A model generated the notes under the pieces. That model was not told the origin of the DNA, did not search any database, and saw only the letters and a list, made by a program, of their open reading frames with translations. 64,000 nucleotides of DNA. Source: a virus. Its lineage: Duplodnaviria > Caudoviricetes. Shown piece after piece: positions 42,607 to 52,045 of the stretch. How positions within the stretch are numbered: the stretch's first letter is position 1; each line of letters opens with the position of its first letter. The stretch lies in the IMG/VR virus record IMGVR_UViG_3300033416_000003, positions 3,668-67,667 of that record; one strand, given 5' to 3'. The position numbers and the translations under genes are program-made.

Positions 42607-43283
42607 CTACCGGTCCTCCGCTGCGTCTCTCCTGCCACTCTGGTAGTATTCGACCACTTGCGTTCCGTACCCTTGTGCAGGCCCTTGGCGCGCTTCTCAA
42701 CCTCGTCGCTCATCTGCCTGGCGTATGCAGCCGCCTGACGTTGCTGATCAAGCTCAAGCCCGATTTCGACCGCCGCCTTCAAGATGTACTCATCCCACTG
42801 CTCCCTAAGAATGCTCGACGTGGCAGCGGGACTTGTTACAAGTTCTGTCGGCTTCTTGATGTAGTAGACGGTAATAGTTTTGGTTCCATCCGGGCACTGC
42901 CAAAGCCTGAGATTAGGTCTTGAATTTGCCCCAATTCCAAACTCAATGTACCGTTGTACAGTTCCAGTAGAAATACTGGAGTTTTGTTCATCCCTCAACC
43001 AATCATCCAGACATCCCTTCTTCATACGCAGACCATCTGTTGAGTTTCTAACATCAGTTATCTCGATTACGTCTGTTGCAGTTAGCTCATAGTCATATGT
43101 GCCACTTGTAGTTGTGATTGTGGTTGATGAAATGACCTCCGGTGGCTTATGAGTCTCAGCGATCCTCACTTGAGCCAGGTTGATGAAACGAAGAATCTCT
43201 GTGTCTGTCCACTCATCAGTGGTCGGGTTACCCATCCCCTTGCGAACGAACGTTACGAGGTCAGAAGCTGTCATCCTCGCCAT
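42603..43283 (-). CDS. head-tail adaptor (P22 gp4 / T7 gp11-like)
   Basis: ILRFINLAQVRI, GTYDYEL, LRLWQCPD...VYYIKKP motifs. Confidence 0.75.
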   Translation of the reverse strand: MARMTASDLVTFVRKGMGNPTTDEWTDTEILRFINLAQVRIAETHKPPEVISSTTITTTSGTYDYELTATDVIEITDVRNSTDGLRMKKGCLDDWLRDEQNSSISTGTVQRYIEFGIGANSRPNLRLWQCPDGTKTITVYYIKKPTELVTSPAATSSILREQWDEYILKAAVEIGLELDQQRQAAAYARQMSDEVEKRAKGLHKGTERKWSNTTRVAGETQRRTGR

Positions 43284-44044
43284 TACAGGCTCTCAATCTG
43301 GTCGCGGATCTCGACCCACTCAGCCATCCTGGGCTCACCCTGATCTTCCGATGGCTTCAGGAGCCTCTCATCAGCGCACCGTGGACACAGAACAGGAGTC
43401 AAGTACTTGAACCCCTTCCCGGTATTTGACACCGCAGAGGACTGATTTTTGGGTCTCCACATAGGCGGAGACGCAGCATCGCAGATCAGGGGACCATCTG
43501 CCCACCACTTGGACGTCGCCCCTGAGATCGTAACGGACAGGTAAAAGTACGCAGAGGCGGCAGACACTCCGGCTGCCACGAGCGTCGCCAGCGGCTTACT
43601 CCACCAGATGAACCGCTCTCCTAGAACCGAGCGACTCACGGTGGTTCCGGAAATTGCCGTGTTAGATCCGTTGCAACATCCGATGACAGCAGTCAATGCC
43701 TGGGTCGTCTGAGCATGGTAAGCTCCAACGTCTATTCCCCAGAACACGTTGGTGTAAGACGAGACATCTACTGACGAGTAGGTACGGATCATTCCTGACC
43801 CTGCCCAGGTATGACTTCCGTTTGACTCGGTAACGGTGGTGTCTGAAATCTTCGCCCGGTAAACATCACCGTATCGGCCCATGCTCACACGACCCGAGTA
43901 GGTTCCGCTTATGGTCGCATACGACGTGAAATTGTTGACTCCTCCGCCACCGGTACAGTCGTAACCGTATGCGCGCAGCTTGCGCACAAGGTCTTTACGC
44001 GGAAACTCGCCACCGCATTCGTCACAAAGCTCTATTTGAGGCAA
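43283..44044 (-). CDS. hypothetical virion-module protein with split zinc finger
   Basis: CDEC at the N-terminus and CPRC at the C-terminus flank a Ser/Thr-rich beta domain; TTG start with gaaggag RBS. Confidence 0.6.
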   Translation of the reverse strand: MPQIELCDECGGEFPRKDLVRKLRAYGYDCTGGGGVNNFTSYATISGTYSGRVSMGRYGDVYRAKISDTTVTESNGSHTWAGSGMIRTYSSVDVSSYTNVFWGIDVGAYHAQTTQALTAVIGCCNGSNTAISGTTVSRSVLGERFIWWSKPLATLVAAGVSAASAYFYLSVTISGATSKWWADGPLICDAASPPMWRPKNQSSAVSNTGKGFKYLTPVLCPRCADERLLKPSEDQGEPRMAEWVEIRDQIESL

Positions 44045-44055
44045 GCTGCTCCTTC

Positions 44056-44114
44056 AAAGAAGATGCCGGATGGGGCCGGCGGGAGGAGGACTACCGTACC
44101 ACCACCCGGCATCT
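44056..44114 (-). terminator. putative intrinsic terminator after the head genes
   Basis: agatgccgg/ccggcatct stem followed by tcttt on the minus strand; large loop. Confidence 0.4.
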
Positions 44115-44158
44115 AAGCCCATGTCATTATGCCCATTCCTCCTCTGGGCGATCGTTAG

Positions 44159-44557
44159 TTACTGAGGTGATTCACTGAACTTCTCAGGCATGAAAAGCTC
44201 GAACAAGGCAATGTTCTCGTCATTCACGAGACCCTGCTCCTCATGCCAGTTCAGAAGGTCAACCACCAGCTTACGTCCACGCGTTCCTTCTCCGAGCTTG
44301 AATTCCTTCTTGGCTCCTGGAATTAGTTCCTTCTCAATGTTCCAAGTCAGCCTGTCGCCCTTCTCGCTGAACTCAAAGAACTTCTGGTCTTCCTCAGTGA
44401 ATGAAAGTGACATCCTGAGATCACGAATGATCCTGTAATCCTGAAGACGAGTCGGAGGCTCAGGAACCTGACCCTGACGAACCATAAACTTCTGACGTTC
44501 AAAAAGACCGTTCAGAACAAGACGCTCAAAGACTCCAAGCTCGATCATCTCAGACAT
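44159..44557 (-). CDS. hypothetical protein
   Basis: gggaggag RBS. Confidence 0.7.
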   Translation of the reverse strand: MSEMIELGVFERLVLNGLFERQKFMVRQGQVPEPPTRLQDYRIIRDLRMSLSFTEEDQKFFEFSEKGDRLTWNIEKELIPGAKKEFKLGEGTRGRKLVVDLLNWHEEQGLVNDENIALFELFMPEKFSESPQ

Positions 44558-44708
44558 GACTTCTCCTCCCGTTGATTAGCACTTCTTCCCACCACTCTTC
44601 TTCTTACGCATCATTCCTTCTCTGGTCCAGCGCTGGGAGCGGCGATATCATCACCGGTCTCAACTCGACCATCCTTCGGCTCATCCTTCTTCTTAGCCAT
44701 TACGCCTC

Positions 44709-44903
44709 CTATTCAGCATCGAACTCCTTGACAAAGATTGCAATGTTTACCATCCAGACTTTACCTTCAGGTACCACTTCGTCAAGAATCTCCTCACCCG
44801 CGGGGGAAGTCTCAATCACAAAATGTTTCCCAGCTGTTACCTCTATGAGTTGAGACCCCGCCTTCTGAACGAATGGAACCTCCCACTGATCGGAAAGTTC
44901 CAT
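44709..44903 (-). CDS. hypothetical protein
   Basis: aaggaggtga RBS. Confidence 0.65.
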   Translation of the reverse strand: MELSDQWEVPFVQKAGSQLIEVTAGKHFVIETSPAGEEILDEVVPEGKVWMVNIAIFVKEFDAE

Positions 44904-44914
44904 GACTCACCTCC

Positions 44915-46783
44915 TTACGATCCGGTAAGAATCGGGATATAACCGATGTTGACACCGGCTCGCTGCACGGTAAGACCGCCAACCCAGTTAGCATTTGAAC
45001 CACCAGCAACGTACATTGTTCCAGTAGTCTGAGTAAAGTCGATGAAGGCAGTTGCCCCGCCATTGCCAGGGTTGATCAACATGATCGACTTGAGCCCAGC
45101 CGTATTCACATCATTACGAAGACCGAGCAGGGCGTAGTGAGCTGCTCCGCTCATATCGGTGGTGTTGAGATTCTCTCCAAAGAGTGCGAAAATCTCAGTG
45201 GCAGCAGCCCCGGTCTGGGTATGTGCTCCGGTAATTACACCGCGAACACCAGCAATAATGCAAGATCCACTATTGTTGAGTTCTGCAGTGCTGGGCAGGT
45301 CAACCTGACCCTGAACACCGTAGATATACGATGCGTTACTACCAGGCCAGGTTACTCCGGCCTTCACACCGGCAACACCACTAAGACCCATCGTGGTGCT
45401 AGCGTTGGTAGTCCCGTTGTAGTAGTTCCGGAAGAATCCAGCCCTAGTTACGGTTCCGGCAGTAGCAATGGTGTGCTCGGCATCAACGTAGATCCAGTTG
45501 GTACCAGAGGTGGCCGTAGTAACAGGAGCGCCGGAAATGCCAATGGTGATACCGGACTTCACGGAGTTGGTATCCATGTAGATACCGTACTGCCACTTGG
45601 CGGCACCACCAGTAGAAGCCCTAATCCACAGGGCAGGATTAATCGCCGTGCCGGAAAGGGTGGGCGCATTGGTCACCTGGTAAGCCTGGAGACCGCAGAG
45701 CACGTTACCGGTATCAACAGTAGTGGTTGCCTCGTTCTCGAGGTAGGCGGAAACTGCGCCAACGTTGACGTTTGCACCCGTAAGTGAGGTGTTACCCCAG
45801 AGATCCACGTGGCCACGAAGGGCGTACTTGTCACCAGACCCGAAAGCTGCGGTGTTGTTGTTCAGAGTACCAAGGATGGTGATCTCAGAGGAGTTGGAAT
45901 CAGCCGTGCCATGAACCAGGTTGGCACGAATCACAGACACGTAGTAAGCACCATTAAGGTTGGTGCCCCCGGTGTCGCCAGTCACGTCAATGACGTTACT
46001 CCTGACACCAGTAAGCGGCATGCCACTGCCGTCAGCCTGACCACCAGCGGTCTCGGTCCAAGACCCCGCCTTCAGGATGGTGGAAGCAAGACCAGTGGCC
46101 CCGCCCGGCATGTAGATGCCGGTGCCAACAGCTGCCGGATCAATCACGATACCATACGGGAAATCCGCGTTACCTGCCCACTTACCAATGAAAAGACCGG
46201 TGTAGGTTCCGTTGTTGGCAGCGAAAGAAGCCGTCGCAGACATAGCGGCAAGGGCCGCAAGAACACCGTAGGTGTCGATGGTAGTGATGGCCGTACCGGC
46301 TCCAACGCGACCCATGACTCCGGCTTGAATCCAGGGATCAGTGGTCCACAACTGACCACCAACCGTAAGACCGGTATTGACCTCATAGGACCCGAGAACT
46401 GCGCACATATTGTGCCGGTTGGTTCCGCTCTTGCTCACAAGCTGACCGCGGACGGCGCTAACCTCCTGCTCCCGGTTTCCGCCCGTGTAGGTCATCAAGT
46501 AACGGAAGCGTCCGGCTGCCACATGGACACCGGACCCGATCGCAGCGCCACCATCCTCGGCACCGAAAAATGCGGTCTGAGTATAAGAGCTGGTCGTAAT
46601 GAAGTTGGACCCGGTGGTGCTGGCTACCGCACCGTACTGAATATACATGTTGGTTGCAGCATATGCGGAAGTCGTGGAAGACGACTTGAAAAGCTGAACC
46701 TCACTACCCTTCTTTCCGAATGCGATACCGTATGCCGCATCAGTTACAGAAACCCCATTGAAATGCGTGTACTTATTTGCCAT
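44915..46783 (-). CDS. putative head fibre/decoration protein
   Basis: MANKYTHFNGV start; Gly/Thr/Ala-rich beta repeats; directly after the major capsid gene. Confidence 0.6.
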   Translation of the reverse strand: MANKYTHFNGVSVTDAAYGIAFGKKGSEVQLFKSSSTTSAYAATNMYIQYGAVASTTGSNFITTSSYTQTAFFGAEDGGAAIGSGVHVAAGRFRYLMTYTGGNREQEVSAVRGQLVSKSGTNRHNMCAVLGSYEVNTGLTVGGQLWTTDPWIQAGVMGRVGAGTAITTIDTYGVLAALAAMSATASFAANNGTYTGLFIGKWAGNADFPYGIVIDPAAVGTGIYMPGGATGLASTILKAGSWTETAGGQADGSGMPLTGVRSNVIDVTGDTGGTNLNGAYYVSVIRANLVHGTADSNSSEITILGTLNNNTAAFGSGDKYALRGHVDLWGNTSLTGANVNVGAVSAYLENEATTTVDTGNVLCGLQAYQVTNAPTLSGTAINPALWIRASTGGAAKWQYGIYMDTNSVKSGITIGISGAPVTTATSGTNWIYVDAEHTIATAGTVTRAGFFRNYYNGTTNASTTMGLSGVAGVKAGVTWPGSNASYIYGVQGQVDLPSTAELNNSGSCIIAGVRGVITGAHTQTGAAATEIFALFGENLNTTDMSGAAHYALLGLRNDVNTAGLKSIMLINPGNGGATAFIDFTQTTGTMYVAGGSNANWVGGLTVQRAGVNIGYIPILTGS

Positions 46784-46842
46784 GCCATTCTCCTTTCAGG
46801 AGAACAGGAGGGGGCTCCTCCACACGCCCCCGCCCAGTAGGG

Positions 46843-47748
46843 CTACGCGCCGGCCGAGCCGATCACGAAGCGGTAGTCAGTAAATCCGTACGCAAAACGC
46901 TGGTAGGTACGGCACTTCTTGCCAATGTTCTCAAACGCATCACTCCACTTGGTCTCAACGTCCTTCTTCTGACGGAACTGCAAGTACTCCTTCATCTTGC
47001 TACCAAGCATGAAGTAGTACGTAGAGGTACCAAGCAGACGGCAGTAGATGGGAGTCACAAAGTTACGCAGAGTATTCGCATGGAGATCAGCCTCGTCGTA
47101 CTTCCCGGGAGAAGTAAGAATGGCCTCGACAGTGTCCATCACACTCGGATGGCACACGAGATACTTGGGCTCGTCACTAAGCTCCGTGCCGTCCTCAGTG
47201 TAGAGGCTCGACATGAAGTACTTACGCATGTCCCACAGCGAGTCCCAAGCCACCGAGGTAGCGGTGTACTCATTGTCAATGGTTTCCCCATGGACAGTAG
47301 TATGATCGTCCTCGCACAGCGGCTTGCTGTCCCACCCGGTATAGCTGGTAGAGAACGCATTGGTGAAGATGCTGGCGGAGCAGTAGTCACGAGCATGAGC
47401 ATGACTGATACCGAGAGAGCTGGCCAGAGACCCAAGGAAGTCGGAAATCTGCTGGTTGTCATCGATCAGCTCATCGGAAACAATGAACCCCTTGGCGAAC
47501 TTAACCGCGGTGAGGGTAATTGGATCAAGCTCGTGAGCATTCTCGAACGGAACTGCCTGCAACTCATTGATGAGCTGAGCAGAACCGAGACCAGTGTACT
47601 GGTAGAACTTAATCTGACCAGCACTCATGCGGCCGGTGGTGAAAACCTTCTCCCAGTCCCACACCTTCCGATCCGCTTCGATCTTCATCGGCTTCTCGAA
47701 CTTGGTGAGCCCGACAGTGTTTGCAAAGGTGATAGTGTTCATAGGCAT
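46843..47748 (-). CDS. major capsid protein (Mu gpT-like HK97 fold)
   Basis: YTGLGSAQLINE, KFAKGFIVSDELIDD, GWDSKPLC, PKYLVCHP, RFAYGFTDYR; size and position fit. Confidence 0.85.
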   Translation of the reverse strand: MPMNTITFANTVGLTKFEKPMKIEADRKVWDWEKVFTTGRMSAGQIKFYQYTGLGSAQLINELQAVPFENAHELDPITLTAVKFAKGFIVSDELIDDNQQISDFLGSLASSLGISHAHARDYCSASIFTNAFSTSYTGWDSKPLCEDDHTTVHGETIDNEYTATSVAWDSLWDMRKYFMSSLYTEDGTELSDEPKYLVCHPSVMDTVEAILTSPGKYDEADLHANTLRNFVTPIYCRLLGTSTYYFMLGSKMKEYLQFRQKKDVETKWSDAFENIGKKCRTYQRFAYGFTDYRFVIGSAGA

Positions 47749-47764
47749 ATGTCACCCCCTACCC

Positions 47765-48244
47765 TTACGATCCAACCGCGTACTGAGACGCGGCATTGAG
47801 AAGATGGAAGATCCCCCAGTAGGTGGCGCTCCCGTCAGGGTTGAGGATGGGCTCATCGTAGACCACGGCTTCTGCTGTGGCAGTCGCCAGGTCAACGTAG
47901 CAAATGTTCGACGCAACATAGATGTCGTAGTGAAGACCCGGTGTCGCTGAGCTATTCAGGGTATCGGTACCGGCATTGGTGAACCGAGCCTTGAACCTAT
48001 AGTCCGGCTTCAGGATCGCAATCGGAATCTCAATGTTCCCAGAGCTTACATTGGTTGCGTCAACTTGGGCAATACCAAAAATCGACTGCCCATTGGTTGC
48101 GCATGCGGTAACAGCACCAGCGTTCAAGTAAACAAACTGCCCCTTCTTGAACGACTGGCTATTGGCTTCCTTCATATCAAACTTCAGCTCACCGGCATCA
48201 TCCCCGCCGGTGTTCACAACCTCAGGATTCTTAGCCCATGCCAT
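47765..48244 (-). CDS. capsid cement/decoration protein
   Basis: SFKKGQFVYLNAG...IFGIAQ pattern; directly upstream of the major capsid gene. Confidence 0.65.
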   Translation of the reverse strand: MAWAKNPEVVNTGGDDAGELKFDMKEANSQSFKKGQFVYLNAGAVTACATNGQSIFGIAQVDATNVSSGNIEIPIAILKPDYRFKARFTNAGTDTLNSSATPGLHYDIYVASNICYVDLATATAEAVVYDEPILNPDGSATYWGIFHLLNAASQYAVGS

Positions 48245-48279
48245 TTTGTCCCATACTTTCTCCTCCTCCCAACAACAAG

Positions 48280-48861
48280 TTACTCGCTTTTCTTTACAGA
48301 GCTACGAGAACGGGTCATTACACTCTCCTTTGTGATCTCCGTTGTGGTCTCTTCCACACCGTTTGTGGACGACTTTGGGAGAGCCCTCCTGAACATCTCG
48401 TTTGCTTCCTCGTCTCTCCTCGCCTGCATACGAATCCATGCGTCCTTGCGAATGTAGCAAACGATAAGCTCCCCTCGACTACCCCACCTAACGAGACCGT
48501 CAACTGAGTTCTGCACACCAAAGCTAAGAGCAGCATTATCTGACCAAACCCCAAACTTTTCGAGGTCCGGCCACGTTAGCTTGACCCACCCGTCCTGCTC
48601 TCGTCCGGGGAGGTCTCTGCCCGTAAATGCCCCAACAACATACTCGTATTCATTTCCGCCTAGTACCTTTGCAAGATGCGCACCGAGTAGGCGGGAGGTC
48701 TGCTTCAGCTCTGGTGCGTTATGGTTGATAGTCTGCTCTCTAACTGAATCCCACCTGGCGTTCAGAGCATTACGGTACTTCTCGAGATCCTGGATCTCGG
48801 AATCCTTAGCCTTTGCTGGAATTGGTTGAGCCGTAGGTTCAAACTTCCTCTTGTATGCCAT
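48280..48861 (-). CDS. hypothetical head-module protein
   Basis: REQDGWVKL...VRWG..GELIVCYI; between scaffold and cement genes. Confidence 0.65.
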   Translation of the reverse strand: MAYKRKFEPTAQPIPAKAKDSEIQDLEKYRNALNARWDSVREQTINHNAPELKQTSRLLGAHLAKVLGGNEYEYVVGAFTGRDLPGREQDGWVKLTWPDLEKFGVWSDNAALSFGVQNSVDGLVRWGSRGELIVCYIRKDAWIRMQARRDEEANEMFRRALPKSSTNGVEETTTEITKESVMTRSRSSVKKSE

Positions 48862-48876
48862 CTCTTTCTCTCCTCC

Positions 48877-49827
48877 CTAATCACTATCCTTAGTGTCATA
48901 CGCAACATCAGACCGATACTTCTGACTCTCCCTAAGCTCCTGCTCAGTGATCCCGTAACGCTGCATAGCCTCTCGCTCATCAGCGGTAATGTTGAAAGAG
49001 AACCTGCCAGCCTCATCCCTGGGCTGAGTCGAGGTTCCCGTGCTCCTGCCCTCAACCTCAGCTCCCTTGGGAATCACGGGACCGGAGCTTCCGAGCGTTC
49101 CATTCTTCAGCTTGCTGAGCATCAGCGCGGCTTGAGCGAAGAACGGAGTACGAGCGAACTCTAGATTCTCCGTATTTCCAGTCTGTTGAGCGATTTGCGC
49201 TGCGGCCTTAACCCAGTTGTGAACCAGGTTATCAGCATCCTTAGCCACACGCTGATCCGAACGGAAAACCGGATCGTTCTTGAAGATGTTTCCATACGCT
49301 ACGTTAGTAACGGAATCGATGGTCTTGTTCACCTCTCGACTAATGTCACGGCCCACCCAGTTAGCAACCGCAGACCTAACCGGAGCAACCTCGTTGAGGA
49401 TTTCCTCCCTCATCTGCTGCTCACGGATGGCAAGCTGCCGCTGCATCTGCTGCTCCCTGTAACCGAGGTACGCCTCAAGCTTCTGCATGGTCGTCGGGTC
49501 GTCGAGCAGCGTACCCTCGAAAGCGGGCGGCTGCGGCTGACCAGGAACCTGAGGCTGACCTGGAACCTGCAAGGGCACCGGCTGTTGCGCGTACTGCGGA
49601 GCAGGAGCCTGCGGCTGCGAAGTCGCCGGCTGCTGATCGAGTGCACGCTGGAGGCTCTCCAGGAGGTCTGTGGTCCATCCGGGCGGCTCTGGCTCGGGCT
49701 CTGGAGCCGGAGCCTGCACAGCAGCAGCCGCGGCCGGCTGGGGTTGATCCGGAGCTGGTCCGGTAGGTTCCGGAACCGGGATCGGATCTACGGGTTTCTT
49801 CTCTGGATCACTCATCGTCTCTGGCAT
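48877..49827 (-). CDS. capsid scaffolding protein
   Basis: Pro/Gln/Glu-rich N-terminus, helical core, ITADEREAMQRYGITEQE tail. Confidence 0.75.
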   Translation of the reverse strand: MPETMSDPEKKPVDPIPVPEPTGPAPDQPQPAAAAAVQAPAPEPEPEPPGWTTDLLESLQRALDQQPATSQPQAPAPQYAQQPVPLQVPGQPQVPGQPQPPAFEGTLLDDPTTMQKLEAYLGYREQQMQRQLAIREQQMREEILNEVAPVRSAVANWVGRDISREVNKTIDSVTNVAYGNIFKNDPVFRSDQRVAKDADNLVHNWVKAAAQIAQQTGNTENLEFARTPFFAQAALMLSKLKNGTLGSSGPVIPKGAEVEGRSTGTSTQPRDEAGRFSFNITADEREAMQRYGITEQELRESQKYRSDVAYDTKDSD

Positions 49828-50040
49828 TTTCCACCCCCTCCTCAGGCGGTCTCGCCGCCCAGGTGTGAATCATTTGGACCGCTCTAACCTCATGCGCCAT
49901 AGCCTTCATTTCCTCCCCATCAGACAACTGGAGCAACATCTGAACCTTCTTCTGGTATAGACTCTCCAGGAACGATAGAACCTCCGCCCATTCCGGCCGG
50001 CGACGGAGCCGATCGACCCTGTCCTCTCGGAGGGGGTGGG
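49808..50040 (-). CDS. small helical protein overlapping the portal 3' end (start uncertain)
   Basis: LRRRPEWAEVLSFLESLYQKKVQMLL...HEVRAVQMI resembles small post-portal proteins; in the +1 frame. Confidence 0.4.
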
Positions 50041-52037
50041 GGGAGCTTTCCCGTCTTAACAGTGTAGGCTCTAGTGACGTGCTCGAGCATTCCAGTGAGT
50101 CTTTCGATTGTTTGCTGATCAACCGTTGACTGCTGCTGGAGCTGCTGAATCTGTCCCTGAAGCTCCTGAACCATTTGAGTAAACATCTGACCAACTTGCA
50201 TCTCCTCCCCGATGTCCAAAAACTCTCGACCCGCAACCTCGAACTCGGCTAGCCACGGCTGAACCGCATACGCCATCTGCCACTGCAGCATCTTAGCTGC
50301 CACCGCAGCCATCGGACCCGGAGTCATGGCAGCCTCAGCAAGCTGCATGATCTGACCAATCACCTGCGGCATCTTGTCCACAAGAGCGAGCCACTCCTGC
50401 TTCCTAAGGTCTCTGCTCATGGACTGACTGCTGACTGCCGTCTCCAGAATGACTTGATCGCGCCAGTACTCCTCGGGCCACTGAAGAACCTCTCTGATCT
50501 CAGAAGCCTCTTCTTCGGTCCTGCTCTGCAGGTAGAACTCAATGTCAATCGGGTTGAACTGACGATACCGAGCCACCATCTGCAGCGCCACCACCTTGAG
50601 GAACTCTCTCAAGGACTCCATTCTGGAGTACATGGGCTGCTTGCCCTCCTCAAGGAGAGCAATCTGACCACTCGCCGTAGGACGCTGAATCTGCTCGATA
50701 CCAGCGTTGTAGTCGGTAAGCCCGGCAAGCTTCTGAGCATTCACCTCGAGTTTTTCTACAATACCAGTAAGTGGACTAAATGGTTGACTTAGGTCAAACT
50801 TAGTTACCTGTTTACTGATATCATCAAGTGCATTCATTGGAAATGCACCAGAGCGAATCTTCCCATCCTTGAATACACTCGCAAGACCGCTTAGTTCATT
50901 AAACAGAACCAAGCACTCCATGGCCTTGCTGGAAGAGTCTAGACTCTGATTGAAACACGCTGATATAGCTCTGTGCATGGGCTCTAACAGAAAACATAGA
51001 CTAATACCATCTATGTCACCTGGAACGCGCTCATAACACCAAGTTGCAAATGGACGCTGATAGTCGAAGTAGAAGTTGTAGACCCACCGCAGAACTACAC
51101 CCGTCCTACGCTCCACGGTCAGGATGGTCTCTTGCTCGTGAATCGTGGTGTAGATTTCGAGGATCTCAAGCTGGTCGGTACGCGACGGCCCGCCATCTGA
51201 GTCTGGGTCGGCCGCATTGATCCCCAGTGAGAACTTTGTCTCAGGACCGCTGTCCCCGGACCCAACCTTCTCAATCACGGACTCGCCGCTGGGAGTCTTC
51301 TCGCGGTAGAGCATGCGCTCAATGCACCGCGCAAGCTGCTCGCGAGTCTTCCATACCCTGTGTACAACCCACGGCGCATCAGCAATCGAAGCGCACGGGC
51401 TAGGATGGATGAAGTCAGGAGTCGGAATGAACTCGGGTACCGCCCGCTGCTCCTCGACAATCAGGCGTTGCTGAGGATAGAAGTGGGAGTCCTTGGCCGC
51501 ACCCCAGTGATGCTCAAGGCTTCCGTCCTCGTTGTAGACCTCTCGTTCGTAGTCAATAATCTTCTTAGTTCTGCACACATACGGGATCTTAGCCACTGCC
51601 TTGGTGTAAACCAGCCCCGTCCTGATGATGTCCTCAACGAAGAACCTGAACTCGGTACGGTCAATACACCAATCCATGAACTTCTCTAGCTGACTCGCAA
51701 ACTCCATGGCGTCCGGACGACGCGGCTTGCACAGAAAAATCTCTGGCCTGGCGAACACGGTGTTGATGAGCCTAGCCGCCGCCATGTCTGCGAACTCACG
51801 GGTGCTGGGCATGTCCAGCTTCGACTCTCCGGGCTCAGCATCCTCTCGCTTCAGACACGCATGGTACTGAGCTACAGCCGTCTTCCACTTCTCCTCAAGC
51901 TCTGCCCTGGCATTAAGGGTCGATTCGATCTCAGCCAGCAGGGACTTTACCCACTTAGCCTCCTTCTCCGGCTCCATCTCAACCGGAACCACCTCGAAGG
52001 TTCCAGGGACCGGTCCCTCAGTAAGAACTGTGCTCAT
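49920..52037 (-). CDS. portal protein (P22-like)
   Basis: FIHPSPC..IADAPWVVHRVW, RPFATWCYERVPGDIDGISL, TASGQIALLEEG; 705 aa; follows terminase. Confidence 0.88.
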   Translation of the reverse strand: MSTVLTEGPVPGTFEVVPVEMEPEKEAKWVKSLLAEIESTLNARAELEEKWKTAVAQYHACLKREDAEPGESKLDMPSTREFADMAAARLINTVFARPEIFLCKPRRPDAMEFASQLEKFMDWCIDRTEFRFFVEDIIRTGLVYTKAVAKIPYVCRTKKIIDYEREVYNEDGSLEHHWGAAKDSHFYPQQRLIVEEQRAVPEFIPTPDFIHPSPCASIADAPWVVHRVWKTREQLARCIERMLYREKTPSGESVIEKVGSGDSGPETKFSLGINAADPDSDGGPSRTDQLEILEIYTTIHEQETILTVERRTGVVLRWVYNFYFDYQRPFATWCYERVPGDIDGISLCFLLEPMHRAISACFNQSLDSSSKAMECLVLFNELSGLASVFKDGKIRSGAFPMNALDDISKQVTKFDLSQPFSPLTGIVEKLEVNAQKLAGLTDYNAGIEQIQRPTASGQIALLEEGKQPMYSRMESLREFLKVVALQMVARYRQFNPIDIEFYLQSRTEEEASEIREVLQWPEEYWRDQVILETAVSSQSMSRDLRKQEWLALVDKMPQVIGQIMQLAEAAMTPGPMAAVAAKMLQWQMAYAVQPWLAEFEVAGREFLDIGEEMQVGQMFTQMVQELQGQIQQLQQQSTVDQQTIERLTGMLEHVTRAYTVKTGKLPPPPPRGQGRSAPSPAGMGGGSIVPGESIPEEGSDVAPVV

Positions 52038-52045
52038 TTACACAC

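Noticed and set aside
45137-47799. Long plus-strand ORFs (216, 343 and 340 aa)
   Set aside because: Antisense shadows of the head fibre and major capsid genes, expected from codon bias in GC-rich DNA.
50046-50052. Lambda-type G GGA AAG slippery site in the portal gene
   Set aside because: The -1 frame gives a short Arg/Ser/Cys-rich non-protein-like tail; the plausible overlapping ORF is in the +1 frame.
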